Source of the DNA: a virus
Lineage: Duplodnaviria > Heunggongvirae > Uroviricota > Caudoviricetes
Strand: one strand, 5' to 3'
Virus record (IMG/VR): IMGVR_UViG_3300033463_000001
Location: 211,298-275,297 of that record
Length of the DNA: 64,000 nt
Shown here: piece by piece, positions 1-10,639 of the stretch
Layout of the letters: every line of letters starts with the position of its first letter
How positions within the stretch are numbered: the first letter of the stretch is position 1
Notes under the pieces: generated by a model
The model's database searches: none
Told to the model about the DNA's origin: nothing
Seen by the model: the letters and a program-made list of their open reading frames with translations, nothing else
Made by a program: the position numbers and the translations under genes

Positions 1-2475
1 GTTAGTGTTGTTTATGACACAAAACTCGGTAAATATGTTTGGTATTACAAAAACAACCATAGTAACGTACTGAATTTCAACCTGTTTGAGGTTAAGTATA
101 AAAGCGTGAAGGTTTCCGGTGGTGATTGTGGTCTTGAATTGGATAGTTATGGCCACAGTACAACGGAGGCTGGCGGTAATGTAACTGTTAACGTAAGTGG
201 TATACAAGGCACACAGGGAGTAACCGGAACAACTGATTCTTCATGGCTACATGTAACGAAAAATAGTAATAGCCGTTTCACTGTATCGTTTGATGCAATG
301 ACTGGCTTTAACAAGTGGGCGGACGATGAAACGTTAAAGCTTAGCCGCACTGGAACTGTAACAATCGGAGAGGTCGACAGTAAGTATAGCGACTGTACGT
401 GTGAATTCAATGTAACGCAGACACTTACCAACTACATATTTGTTAGCCGGCCGTATCATAAAGAGAATGGTGTTAAAATATACGAACCAGGAACTACATC
501 GTTCACACTTAACTCTGGAATCCGTGATTATTTCATGGATGTATTAACCGATGCGACGACTTTCACTAAGAGTACACAATCAGGAGACTCAGGAAACTTT
601 ACTGTTGTGCCGAATGGTGTATCGAAACCGATTACAGTCACGTGTAATCCGAACTACGGCGTTAAGCGGCAAACAACATATGCATTCAGTATCGGGCGTT
701 CAGGGGTACATAATCAGGCGACGGTAACGCTTGTACAGGAAGCACAAACAAACTTATTCCATATTGAACCAGACGGTCCTAACGCATTCAGATTTGGTAA
801 TAGAGCTGGAACGAGTACGTATCACATCTCGTCATCAACTCCTGTTGCGCGGCCTACGTTGGTCACTGGTGTTAACTGGGGTACTATCTCAAGCTACACA
901 GATGTAACGCAGCCTGGCCAGGTTGATGACACAATCTATGAATACGACATGGCAATTTCATATACGGATAACGGAGACGGCGTTCACGACATTGATGGAC
1001 GTACCGGCACGTTGACGTTCATTGTTAACAGCAAAGAGGTGAAATACAATGTCGTTCAAGATGGGTTCCGTGAACCGAGGTTTGACATGGACTATACAAC
1101 ACCTGAGTTCTTTGTTGATGAGGCACTGACACGCCAGGACACATCCAAACATGAGTTTGAAAATGTCACACTTCATACGTTAGGACGAGGTGCGGATATT
1201 ACATTACCGCTTGATGATGAGTATTGGATTACATTGACTGCTCTTACGTCGTTTGATACAGTTGGTATTACTACTGATAGAAATGTAGACGGTATTAGCA
1301 TAGATGTTCGGACTACACAAATGGGTAATGGCAACTATCGATTAGAAGCCATAATTCACGTTGAGCCGCTTCCATTTAGCCACGAGTTACGTCCTGCGCA
1401 CGGTATATGGGAACATATCACTACTGGTGGTGCAATTGGCAAAGACGTTTATCTCAAACCTGGAGAGTGGGCTGATGTATATGGAGCATTCTATGTTGCA
1501 CGTTTCTATGACGGTCTTGAATACGAATATGTACCAATGACTAAGGATACAACGAGTGGTTTGTATCATGCTGCATATAGTGGAGATTTGTTTACTTCAT
1601 GCTGTTTTATGGTGTGCGCTGGCCAATTCAATGCACGGTTCCCTGAGACGAATGTATTGGAAAAGACTGGAGAACAGACTGTATTCGCAGGTGGCAACAC
1701 ATTCAAAATTACATCAGGATATAGGAACGTTACATACACTCTGTATAATACACTTGACGAAGAGAACGAGACAACGTACGAGACGATTAAACTGATGCAA
1801 CCGAACAGGAGATACTTGTCAATTGACCCTGCTCTTGATGACATCATATTTACGTCTCGTGGAGGTAAACAAACATATACAATGCATGCGGCACCTGTCG
1901 GGTATTACCTTGAGTTGGAATGCATGGATGATTGTGGATTAACTACAATGTATGGTGGAACATCTGGAACTAAAACATCAGTAAAGGTTCCAGCTAACGG
2001 TGAGGTAAAAGTTACTGTTGAAGCCATGGAGAACTTTGTAGGGTACGAGGTAGTTGGTGAGGCAGAAATTCAGTTTAAGCGTCATACGAGTGACATGGAT
2101 GTAATAACAAGCGCAGAGTTTGAGGTTACAATTCCGGAAGCACAACACTTGTGTACGTTGGATTATTTAGGTACGTCAGGTGTTACACTTAACCTAGCCA
2201 ATAGACACGTAACGAATATCCACTCACAGCGAGTACGCTCAAGCGATGACACATTCTCATCAACAAGTGATGTTCATTGTGTTGACTACACGCTAGATAC
2301 ATCGAAACAAGAAGTGACATTATTCCTGCTTCCAGGCACAAGAGACTTATTCGTAACAACCCTGAAATCAGGACAGACGGAACGTACATTTGACGTATCA
2401 TATTCGTATTACGCCACATTTGAAGAGGAAGAAACGTATTTCTCAGACAAAATACAATTAAGAGTAAAAACGTAA
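1..2475 (+). CDS. large virion surface/tail-associated protein, 5' end outside window
   Basis: Frame of ORF 106..2475 has no stop back to nt 1, so the gene starts upstream. 789+ aa, Thr/Ser/Gly/Val-rich. It heads a co-directional block of giant ORFs. Confidence 0.55.
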   Translation, partial: VSVVYDTKLGKYVWYYKNNHSNVLNFNLFEVKYKSVKVSGGDCGLELDSYGHSTTEAGGNVTVNVSGIQGTQGVTGTTDSSWLHVTKNSNSRFTVSFDAMTGFNKWADDETLKLSRTGTVTIGEVDSKYSDCTCEFNVTQTLTNYIFVSRPYHKENGVKIYEPGTTSFTLNSGIRDYFMDVLTDATTFTKSTQSGDSGNFTVVPNGVSKPITVTCNPNYGVKRQTTYAFSIGRSGVHNQATVTLVQEAQTNLFHIEPDGPNAFRFGNRAGTSTYHISSSTPVARPTLVTGVNWGTISSYTDVTQPGQVDDTIYEYDMAISYTDNGDGVHDIDGRTGTLTFIVNSKEVKYNVVQDGFREPRFDMDYTTPEFFVDEALTRQDTSKHEFENVTLHTLGRGADITLPLDDEYWITLTALTSFDTVGITTDRNVDGISIDVRTTQMGNGNYRLEAIIHVEPLPFSHELRPAHGIWEHITTGGAIGKDVYLKPGEWADVYGAFYVARFYDGLEYEYVPMTKDTTSGLYHAAYSGDLFTSCCFMVCAGQFNARFPETNVLEKTGEQTVFAGGNTFKITSGYRNVTYTLYNTLDEENETTYETIKLMQPNRRYLSIDPALDDIIFTSRGGKQTYTMHAAPVGYYLELECMDDCGLTTMYGGTSGTKTSVKVPANGEVKVTVEAMENFVGYEVVGEAEIQFKRHTSDMDVITSAEFEVTIPEAQHLCTLDYLGTSGVTLNLANRHVTNIHSQRVRSSDDTFSSTSDVHCVDYTLDTSKQEVTLFLLPGTRDLFVTTLKSGQTERTFDVSYSYYATFEEEETYFSDKIQLRVKT

Positions 2476-2479
2476 ATCA

Positions 2480-4642
2480 ATGGAAGATAGAATTGTCAAG
2501 AAAATATCTTTAGAACCGCTTAAATCAAGGGTTCCAGGTTCTCTTTGGTATATAGGCCAGGAGGACGCGATTGGTACGTTATGCGCTACAACTGTGGCAA
2601 AATCCGGCAATTACAATAAGATAATCAGCGATATTGAGATTCCGGAGGAGTTCGTCGACATCATACGAGACTTTACAGATATAGATATCCTTCTTCCTAA
2701 TCCTGATGAAGATGGTAAGTACTATAGTATTCAGCCGTACACACCGGAATACATGGAAGAACACAAAGATGACCAGATTGTTTATTACACGAAGGCTGTT
2801 GATGTGCTTTATCCTGCAAGTGTTCTGGAAGACGGAGGAAGTGGTGATGTTACCGTTCAGCAAATGCACATTTTCAGCAAAGAAAGCGGTTCCGGTGAAC
2901 AAATACACAAATATCTACGTTACTATACATTGCGTAAGTGGTATCAATTCTTTCTTGAGTACTACAAAATGCTCGACGTTGAAATCTGTAAGGACGGAAC
3001 GCGCAAAAAATACGATTCTTTTGCGACGCTGCGCGAGGAATACCCGGAGTTGACACGTGATTACACCTATGTTTTTATGAACAGGATGGACGACCTGTGT
3101 GAGATACGTGGCGGTCGCGACTTCTTTGAGTGGATGTGCGAGAAGTGTTTCAAGATGTATCGCATGCCTGACGGTACAAATTATCCAACGTATATGTACT
3201 ACTCCGAGATATCCGCAGAGATTGACTGGTTCGAGAAATACAATAAGAAATTCAGTGGTGTTACAACCATTGATGAATGTATAGCCAGCGATGATTGCTG
3301 TGTATGCCAGGCGTATCTTCGAAAAGGTGGATATGATACCTATTTGTGGATGATTAACCTTCCGGAACCTACACACGATATCGAAACAAAGGAGGCTGAG
3401 ATTACCATACCGTTCCTGCTACCAGTTCGCACAGAGAATCTAGGTAGCCTATCAATGTTTGCGAAGGAATGGGATGCAAACGAGGTTTATAATGTCAATG
3501 CGGACGGAGTGAAGAGTACTGGTAGACTTGTTCTTTTCCAAGGGATGAGTTATGCATTGTCTGCACTCGGTAAAACGAACGGAGGTTTCAATTATAGCGA
3601 AATATACAGGGAACGTATCTTTGGTAATTTGGATGCAACGAACTACAACGATGTAGAACGCAAATACGAGGAATTACCAGATAGTAAGAAACAATGGGAA
3701 GATGCTACAGACCTTGAGGGATATGCTTATGACCAAGATATTTTTGTCAGCGGTGTATGCGATAGCTCATCAAGCATGTTGGAGGACCCTATTTTCCCAA
3801 CTGACGATAGAGGACAGCAACTGCCTGGGTCTCTCAAGAAGAGATTGAATCCAGACGGTACTTTTAACGGTTTTATCAACCCAGGTTCATATGACACACT
3901 TGATATCACGTACCATGCAGGCAATGTGGCTTGCTTGGATGAACTATGTGTCCTTACAGGGGACAATTTTAAGAACTCCGGTCTACCCGTTTCGGACAGT
4001 GGTAAAACGCTTTACACGGGGCATATCATCGTAGGCATGCTTTTTGAAGTGGTTGCTTCGGATGGTACTGTTGTAGTCAGCGCAGCAACAACTCCTGATA
4101 ACTCATTCTTCGATATTGAGTCGTTCAGTAGTTACATGACCGGCAATTCGCTGCAATGTCAAATCTACTACCTTAAAAACGCACGCATATTGCGCTATGA
4201 TAATGGCGGATATTATAGCCCTGATGTAGTTTATAATGCAAATAACACAGTTAGTATTGAAAATTTACCAATTCACAATACATTGTATGTAGATACATTT
4301 GGTGTGTCGTTGTCGAAGTGGGTTTATAACCTTGCTGGTGGTATGAGTTATCCTATTTACTACTACAAGTTAACAGGTGATTCATCGTCAAATTGCATAT
4401 TTTATATGCATTCAACGTTTATGAGCCCGGACAATCACTACGGTGGGGTGATATTTATCCCTACTGTAAGAAACGAGGTTTATTTAGGTATTAGCAACCA
4501 GGAAAAACGAGACGTTGATATTTATATAGATAGAGGGCTTCATACTCTGTATGAGAAACAATTGAAGCTTGGCGAAGTGGCATCATTGGACGATTTGGTG
4601 CAGTACGGTAATGGATTTTATAATATATTGAGTGACAAGTAA
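2480..4642 (+). CDS. hypothetical structural protein (720 aa)
   Basis: Long ORF starting 5 nt after the upstream stop, same strand as the tail-fibre block. No recognisable catalytic motif. Confidence 0.55.
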   Translation: MEDRIVKKISLEPLKSRVPGSLWYIGQEDAIGTLCATTVAKSGNYNKIISDIEIPEEFVDIIRDFTDIDILLPNPDEDGKYYSIQPYTPEYMEEHKDDQIVYYTKAVDVLYPASVLEDGGSGDVTVQQMHIFSKESGSGEQIHKYLRYYTLRKWYQFFLEYYKMLDVEICKDGTRKKYDSFATLREEYPELTRDYTYVFMNRMDDLCEIRGGRDFFEWMCEKCFKMYRMPDGTNYPTYMYYSEISAEIDWFEKYNKKFSGVTTIDECIASDDCCVCQAYLRKGGYDTYLWMINLPEPTHDIETKEAEITIPFLLPVRTENLGSLSMFAKEWDANEVYNVNADGVKSTGRLVLFQGMSYALSALGKTNGGFNYSEIYRERIFGNLDATNYNDVERKYEELPDSKKQWEDATDLEGYAYDQDIFVSGVCDSSSSMLEDPIFPTDDRGQQLPGSLKKRLNPDGTFNGFINPGSYDTLDITYHAGNVACLDELCVLTGDNFKNSGLPVSDSGKTLYTGHIIVGMLFEVVASDGTVVVSAATTPDNSFFDIESFSSYMTGNSLQCQIYYLKNARILRYDNGGYYSPDVVYNANNTVSIENLPIHNTLYVDTFGVSLSKWVYNLAGGMSYPIYYYKLTGDSSSNCIFYMHSTFMSPDNHYGGVIFIPTVRNEVYLGISNQEKRDVDIYIDRGLHTLYEKQLKLGEVASLDDLVQYGNGFYNILSDK

Positions 4643-5544
4643 TGGCAAACGGACTTTACGGACAGACAATTCCGGCGAACATAACATCCAGAGATGTTGA
4701 GATATGGTACACGTACAGTGAAAACCATAATACTGTTAGTAGCGAATCGGGTATATGGAAACAGCTTGATTCGAATATTTTGCGTCAACAGACACGAGAT
4801 GTAAGCAACGGTGCGCCGGATGAGTTCCTTGAGGGTATGTATAAAATTAACCTTCCGGCAAGCGTGTTTAATAAGCCTGGATTCTACAGTGTCTACATTA
4901 AACCGCGCGAGATTCGTGCAACAATTGTTGACGTATCTGCATTGCGTGATTTCCCGGATGTACGTGGAATCGTTGTCAACGCAGAAGCCGTAGATGGTGA
5001 GTTCCGTTCGCTTTTCAACACAAATGATGGACTTGTTGGGTACCGCGTGTGCTATCTTGACACATCAACCGGAACAAGGCAGGATTATGTAAGGCTTGTA
5101 ACTAGTAACACAAAATGTGAACCAGTTATTAAGCAAGCCAGGAACAGCTCTGACCGTTCACGTATGTACGTTTACAACTCATCGTCCACGCTTACATTCA
5201 TTACACTTACTCCGTCTATGACAACGTCGTATTCGGCAGCGAATATTGTCCCGTACATTGGTGTTAAAGACCAGGAGGTTTTATTCATCAACACAAAGTT
5301 CACGCCGATACACTTCGATATACACATTGTTGAGAATGACGCAGATACTCTGACAACTCTCATCAAGGGTGACCAAGTTCTCAATATGGAGAATGGTCTC
5401 ACAACCATCTTCACAGATAATGGTGAACCGTTTACACAGTATCGCACTGTTACAATCAAGGATGAGTACACCGGTCAACCCGTTAAGCGTCAGCGTGTCA
5501 ATATGGGTGGCAACATCGATACAAGAGAGACAATTGATATGTAA
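4642..5544 (+). CDS. hypothetical structural protein (300 aa)
   Basis: ORF with start overlapping the upstream stop (ATGG/TAATGG coupling); long and gap-free. Confidence 0.5.
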   Translation: MANGLYGQTIPANITSRDVEIWYTYSENHNTVSSESGIWKQLDSNILRQQTRDVSNGAPDEFLEGMYKINLPASVFNKPGFYSVYIKPREIRATIVDVSALRDFPDVRGIVVNAEAVDGEFRSLFNTNDGLVGYRVCYLDTSTGTRQDYVRLVTSNTKCEPVIKQARNSSDRSRMYVYNSSSTLTFITLTPSMTTSYSAANIVPYIGVKDQEVLFINTKFTPIHFDIHIVENDADTLTTLIKGDQVLNMENGLTTIFTDNGEPFTQYRTVTIKDEYTGQPVKRQRVNMGGNIDTRETIDM

Positions 5545-8500
5545 TGGCTACAAAGAGTTATACACAATATAGCAAACGGACGAAACACCAAGTTGCTGGT
5601 AAATCTGTCATTTTCGAAACAGACCTGACCACATTGCAGGACATGTCGAGTGTAGAGAATGACAGTGTTCCTGTGTACTCTAGCGGTAATATTGTCATTA
5701 CAAAATCAAACGAACAACACTACCAGCGCTCACACAAGACGGCCGGATACCTAGAAAACCAGCATGGTGGCACAATATGGAACGGAGAGATACTTAATGA
5801 GCTTCCGGTTGACGCAAATAGTTGCTCTGCGACACAGATTCTCAAGCGTGACTATAATAAGTTACAGTCATTTGCATATTACGGTTCATGCATGGAGTTG
5901 TTCCGTGCGTCTCTGAACCACATTGTAGAGGCATTTCCGGGTGAAATTTTCGTTGAGGCGTTTCCATCAGGTAGCGGCATTGGTATCCCTCATAGAGATT
6001 CAACGGCAAACGGTACTCCGTTGAGTGGTACCACTTCGGATGGTCTTGTTGCCGACTGTATGTGCAGTAATCCATTCAACATTGATATATTCGCAACTTC
6101 GGTTAGCAAGGACTTGACGTTAAGTAATAAACTCAAATACTTTGCCAACGGAGGATGCCGCAATTATAATGTGATAAGGCCGGATGGTAGCAAATATGCT
6201 ATTGAAGAATGGAACGTTATCAACCGCAGCGACAAAGACTGTTTCATTCCTGGAGATATTGTATGTGAAGTTGAAATAGGCGCAGCCGTTAACGACTTGG
6301 GTATCAGCACAATGGAAATCAATAAGGATTTCGAGGTTGGCTTGGGTCACCAGGATGGCAACTTCATGCGTGTGCTTATTATCAAGACAGATAGCGGCTA
6401 TGGTATTTTTACCAATGAGAAATACCTTGGCTACCACATCCGTCCGAATGACGCGTGCATCAACGAAGCCTACTCAAAACTGTCTATATTTGAACAATAT
6501 CTTTTAAATAGAGAGACACTGCCGATGTATAAGGCAACGTTCGAGGTTATCTACGAGACTTCGACAGGATACGAGCGTGGCCTCGAATATTTCATTTTCC
6601 CGACAGACATTAGCGGTTACAACTTGGATATCACCGGCAACCAATACGACGTATATGCCGGTTCGCTCGCTAATCTTGGTGTTCTGTACGATGAGTTATA
6701 CTCTGACAACCTGTATCGTTCAATGACACATGAGGCCATCAGCAACATGGACTTCACAAAGATTGACGAAAACAGTGAGACAGAGTACACACTTGGTGTG
6801 GAGAAAATGAAGAAAGTTATCCGTGTCCTTGGTAGGTGCTTCGACGAGATAAAGGTCTATATTGACGGTATTGAGAATGTTCACACCATCTCTTACTCTA
6901 ATGCGGCCGGAACCAGTGACTATTCTCTTTCTGACGAGTTGGAGAATGACGGTTGGGATATCGCAAGCGTTGTTGCGTTACAAAAGAAAAACTACTACGA
7001 ACATACCGGAGAAACGTTCACTGAGGAAAGCACGATGCCTATCAATGACACAGATTTCATTGATAAGATAATTTACTACATCGGTGCAGACAATCACCAG
7101 TTTGAACACGGTAAGTTCTATAGGTGCACACAGGATACATCACGTATTCAAATAACAAACACGCGTAGTGGTTCTATCGACTTTGTTGACGGTGGAATCA
7201 TGAAGACATTGCGTACATGTTTGTCTAAACTTACTCCTGCTTGGAAACAATATCTGCCGCTTACATTGAAAAGAAGCAGTGGAAAGTGGCGCCTCACCAT
7301 GAGCAACGGTACTGAGTTGATGAATGCCGATACAATCGACGAGTTCAAGTTCGGTATCACACAAGACATGATTGTTGACACGCCTATTACTAGGTACGTC
7401 TTCAATATCACCATGTTCTTATGGGAGGAGAGTGTTCCGTATGCTGCCGGTGAAAAGGTTTACACTGATAAGGAGCCTTTTGATGTATGTACCAACCTTA
7501 TTGTTGACAGCAAGGGTGAAACACATACACTATACCGTGAGTTTTCTGAGGTTGACGCAGAATATAAGCCGTATGGCAATGAGAGTGATGCGAAGTTCCT
7601 GACTTGCTGTGGTGGAGAAGTTCCGGCTAACGGGCAACAACTCATGACTGAGATTGTGAAGTTTATCCACTACAATGGAAAGAAGTACATCCTTGACTGC
7701 AACGATGAACTGCGTGAACTTGTTAATGGTGAGGTTGTAACACATCCTATTGTAAACGGATGTATTGAGTTGCGCGGTGAGACTATTCCAGTTCAAAGCG
7801 AGAAACGCATCCTGCACACTGTAACGAGTTATTTCGACAATAAGACTTGGACGGCCAGTGAGATAAACTACGAGTTCCAGAAAAGGTTGAAGCTCAACTC
7901 TCGCGCCATTTTACGCAAGAAAGGTACGGCAAACGCAATTGAGTCGTTGCTTGCTCTGTGGGGAATGAAATCGGATAGGTTCGTTAGCAATAGTTCTAAC
8001 ACCGACCTTGTTTCTGACTACAGCATACGCGAGACATCCATCTATACAGATGCCATTAAAGACACGTACGAGCCTACCAGAGAGCTTCCGACGATGGATT
8101 GGTATAACTATATCAAAACATACACATACGACACTCCAAACGCAAGAATGAATATCTACGATGCATATCGTGGATTGCCGGTTACGTATGTACAATACTA
8201 CATCGACCCGACGGACGTAAGCGGCGAAGCCTACACAACCAACGCATACGACTACAAGAACACAAAGCGCAAGGAGGCGTTCCGTATGGTATATCCGTAT
8301 TTTGACAACACAGCAGAATACGACGGTGGTATGTACTACCAGATGTACGGTGGGTGGTTAAAGAAGACTCCGTACTGTTTCGGTGATAAGAACTTGATTC
8401 TTTGCGGTGAGACATTCACTGAGACACTGCGCAACATTCACTTAGTTGACAATATAGAAGCATTGAAAGGACTGCGCTATAACTCCTTGTACGATGGATT

Positions 8501-9878
8501 CGTTTGTGAGGTACGGGATAACAGCATTCCTTACATGAATATTAGCGGTGAGTTGCTTCCGGTGAAGACTGAGAGTGTGAAATTTGTCAATAACGGTGGC
8601 ATCCTGAATGAACGTACCATATTGTCTTATGTTGAGGTACCGATGTACTTTGACGGATTCACTGTTGGTAACGTAACATATAGCGGTGATGTAAAAATAT
8701 CCAATCCTTGCTTCGAAGACTTCGAGGAGATTATTGACCTCTACGACCTGCCTAGTGAGCGCCCGACAACGAAGAAGATATACCTATATTACACAAAGGA
8801 TGGTGAGAAATACCCTGTTGACATTTACAACCTTGAATCCGGCGTTACTGCTGATATGATTCACGTGGATATCGAGATGGATACGGATATGGGCGGCGAT
8901 GACCCGTCTGTTCTCATGTACGCTGTTAGCGAATACTTGGAACCAGGACAAAACTATTCAAACTACTGGGTACTGGACGACGTTGACAACTACCAGTCTT
9001 TCGCCATGTCTAATAACCCATACTACCAAATAGGTTGGACTAGACTCAAGGAAAACGACCCGCGCGCATTGACGCTTAACTCGATTAAGACCATCATAAC
9101 AGGTAATAACCCACACAGTGCACGTATTCCTTATGATGATGGTTCCGAGTACTTATATCGCTTCGTGAAACTGTTTAAATACCCGTACATGCATCGTGAC
9201 TTCGATGAGCGTTGTTTCCAGGATGTAGAGGCGGCGTATGATGAGATATACATGTATGGATTTGAGAATATCTTTACTGATAAGTACTCAACGTACATCA
9301 ATCCGACTCCGATTGCAGAATATCGTTACGAGGACATGTCCGGCGCAACTCCGGATGATGACGGGAAACTTGTGCGCTATATCGGCGAGACGCGTACGCA
9401 AGAACCTAAATATATCAAAGGTGCATTCTATCGCTATGCCAAGAGTAGTGATACGTGGAATTTCGAGGAACAGGAGAAGGTTTATATCAACGGCATCTAC
9501 GACACAAAGTGCCATGCCTTTGCAAATGTTAAACTGAGTGACGGTTCCGTATTAAAGTGGGGTGATGTTGGTAACCAGTTAACTGATATCGCAGCGTACG
9601 GAGACACTCCGTTCCCGAAACTGTATGACGACGACACAGATTCTAACCCGAACCGTATCATCAACACGAAGTATGTTGATATTGAGTTCCACAACGACAG
9701 TGCTGACATAGAATTGGTGAAGTACTATGATGTTGCATTGGTACACTATATTCAACAGTTGCTCCCGTCAACTATTATTGCGTCGATACGTTTCGGTCGT
9801 TACCGTGATTGTGGTATCGGATGTATGATGGTACCGTACATTGTTCCTATACATGAGGACGATTTCTTGGTGCGCTAA
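5544..9878 (+). CDS. giant virion/tail protein (1444 aa)
   Basis: 4.3 kb uninterrupted ORF, start coupled to the upstream stop (TAATGG). Size and position immediately before the fibre modules suggest a tail/baseplate component. Confidence 0.6.
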   Translation: MATKSYTQYSKRTKHQVAGKSVIFETDLTTLQDMSSVENDSVPVYSSGNIVITKSNEQHYQRSHKTAGYLENQHGGTIWNGEILNELPVDANSCSATQILKRDYNKLQSFAYYGSCMELFRASLNHIVEAFPGEIFVEAFPSGSGIGIPHRDSTANGTPLSGTTSDGLVADCMCSNPFNIDIFATSVSKDLTLSNKLKYFANGGCRNYNVIRPDGSKYAIEEWNVINRSDKDCFIPGDIVCEVEIGAAVNDLGISTMEINKDFEVGLGHQDGNFMRVLIIKTDSGYGIFTNEKYLGYHIRPNDACINEAYSKLSIFEQYLLNRETLPMYKATFEVIYETSTGYERGLEYFIFPTDISGYNLDITGNQYDVYAGSLANLGVLYDELYSDNLYRSMTHEAISNMDFTKIDENSETEYTLGVEKMKKVIRVLGRCFDEIKVYIDGIENVHTISYSNAAGTSDYSLSDELENDGWDIASVVALQKKNYYEHTGETFTEESTMPINDTDFIDKIIYYIGADNHQFEHGKFYRCTQDTSRIQITNTRSGSIDFVDGGIMKTLRTCLSKLTPAWKQYLPLTLKRSSGKWRLTMSNGTELMNADTIDEFKFGITQDMIVDTPITRYVFNITMFLWEESVPYAAGEKVYTDKEPFDVCTNLIVDSKGETHTLYREFSEVDAEYKPYGNESDAKFLTCCGGEVPANGQQLMTEIVKFIHYNGKKYILDCNDELRELVNGEVVTHPIVNGCIELRGETIPVQSEKRILHTVTSYFDNKTWTASEINYEFQKRLKLNSRAILRKKGTANAIESLLALWGMKSDRFVSNSSNTDLVSDYSIRETSIYTDAIKDTYEPTRELPTMDWYNYIKTYTYDTPNARMNIYDAYRGLPVTYVQYYIDPTDVSGEAYTTNAYDYKNTKRKEAFRMVYPYFDNTAEYDGGMYYQMYGGWLKKTPYCFGDKNLILCGETFTETLRNIHLVDNIEALKGLRYNSLYDGFVCEVRDNSIPYMNISGELLPVKTESVKFVNNGGILNERTILSYVEVPMYFDGFTVGNVTYSGDVKISNPCFEDFEEIIDLYDLPSERPTTKKIYLYYTKDGEKYPVDIYNLESGVTADMIHVDIEMDTDMGGDDPSVLMYAVSEYLEPGQNYSNYWVLDDVDNYQSFAMSNNPYYQIGWTRLKENDPRALTLNSIKTIITGNNPHSARIPYDDGSEYLYRFVKLFKYPYMHRDFDERCFQDVEAAYDEIYMYGFENIFTDKYSTYINPTPIAEYRYEDMSGATPDDDGKLVRYIGETRTQEPKYIKGAFYRYAKSSDTWNFEEQEKVYINGIYDTKCHAFANVKLSDGSVLKWGDVGNQLTDIAAYGDTPFPKLYDDDTDSNPNRIINTKYVDIEFHNDSADIELVKYYDVALVHYIQQLLPSTIIASIRFGRYRDCGIGCMMVPYIVPIHEDDFLVR

Positions 9879-9892
9879 TTATGTTGTGAAAG

Positions 9893-9901
9893 TATTTATT
9901 G
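9893..9901 (+). promoter_or_regulatory. TATTTATTG motif 13 nt upstream of ATG (recurring, 5 copies)
   Basis: Exact 9-mer shared with 14456, 32838, 33409 and 52065, always 13-19 nt upstream of a + strand structural gene start; consensus (G/A)TATTTATTGnTAG. Confidence 0.4.
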
Positions 9902-9914
9902 ATAAACGTTAGAA

Positions 9915-10631
9915 ATGGATACAATAGCGGATACACTACGTGGAACGATTTTGTCACTCAAGCAAATTAGTGATAGGCTGAAAAAGCTCGCTAATGCGCT
10001 TGGTGATATGCCATCTGGTACCACAATATACACATCAATCGAAGAGATAAATAATACAGTTTATGAAAGTGCCGCCTCTATTATCGAGTACCTTCAAGGC
10101 GAAGATAGTGGCGCTACAAACACTGCCATTTTGGAGGCTATTGGTGCAATTGAATTTGATAAGTCGGGATTAGCTACAGATATTCAAGCCAATGAAATAA
10201 TTAGCGACGTCAGTGGCCTACCAAGTGAATTACACACAGTATTGGAAACCGTGTCCGGTATAACTGGTTATGCCATACAGGGTAGTGGTACTCCTGAAGA
10301 TGTGAACCTCACTGTTGTAGATGACAAAATAGGAGACATTGCAGAAATTGTAAGTGCGATTACTGGTGGTGAGATTGATTGTACAATACCAGGTAACTAC
10401 GCTCTCGAAACAACACTTGTTAATGCTCGCGATTCAATCCTAAATGAAGTTAGTGGCGTAAGTCGCGAAATAGGTACAGACACAGACCAGGTTACAGTGC
10501 ATGAAAAACTAGATTGGCTCGTCGACTCAACGGGGGAATGCACATTTGTAAGAAACAACGATGGAACCGATACATGGACGCTTATTCTAGATAGGAGTGC
10601 GTCGATTAACAATAACACACTAAACGTATAG
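9915..10631 (+). CDS. fibre-like module protein, paralog family (copy 1 of 3)
   Basis: 238 aa. Shares block FDKxGLATDxQANEIIxDVSGLPxEL...VLExVSGITGYAxQGSGxxEDVNLTVVDxKIGD with ORFs 14483..15277 and 17871..18548, each preceding a DGR target gene. Confidence 0.6.
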   Translation: MDTIADTLRGTILSLKQISDRLKKLANALGDMPSGTTIYTSIEEINNTVYESAASIIEYLQGEDSGATNTAILEAIGAIEFDKSGLATDIQANEIISDVSGLPSELHTVLETVSGITGYAIQGSGTPEDVNLTVVDDKIGDIAEIVSAITGGEIDCTIPGNYALETTLVNARDSILNEVSGVSREIGTDTDQVTVHEKLDWLVDSTGECTFVRNNDGTDTWTLILDRSASINNNTLNV

Positions 10632-10639
10632 TCTAAGAT

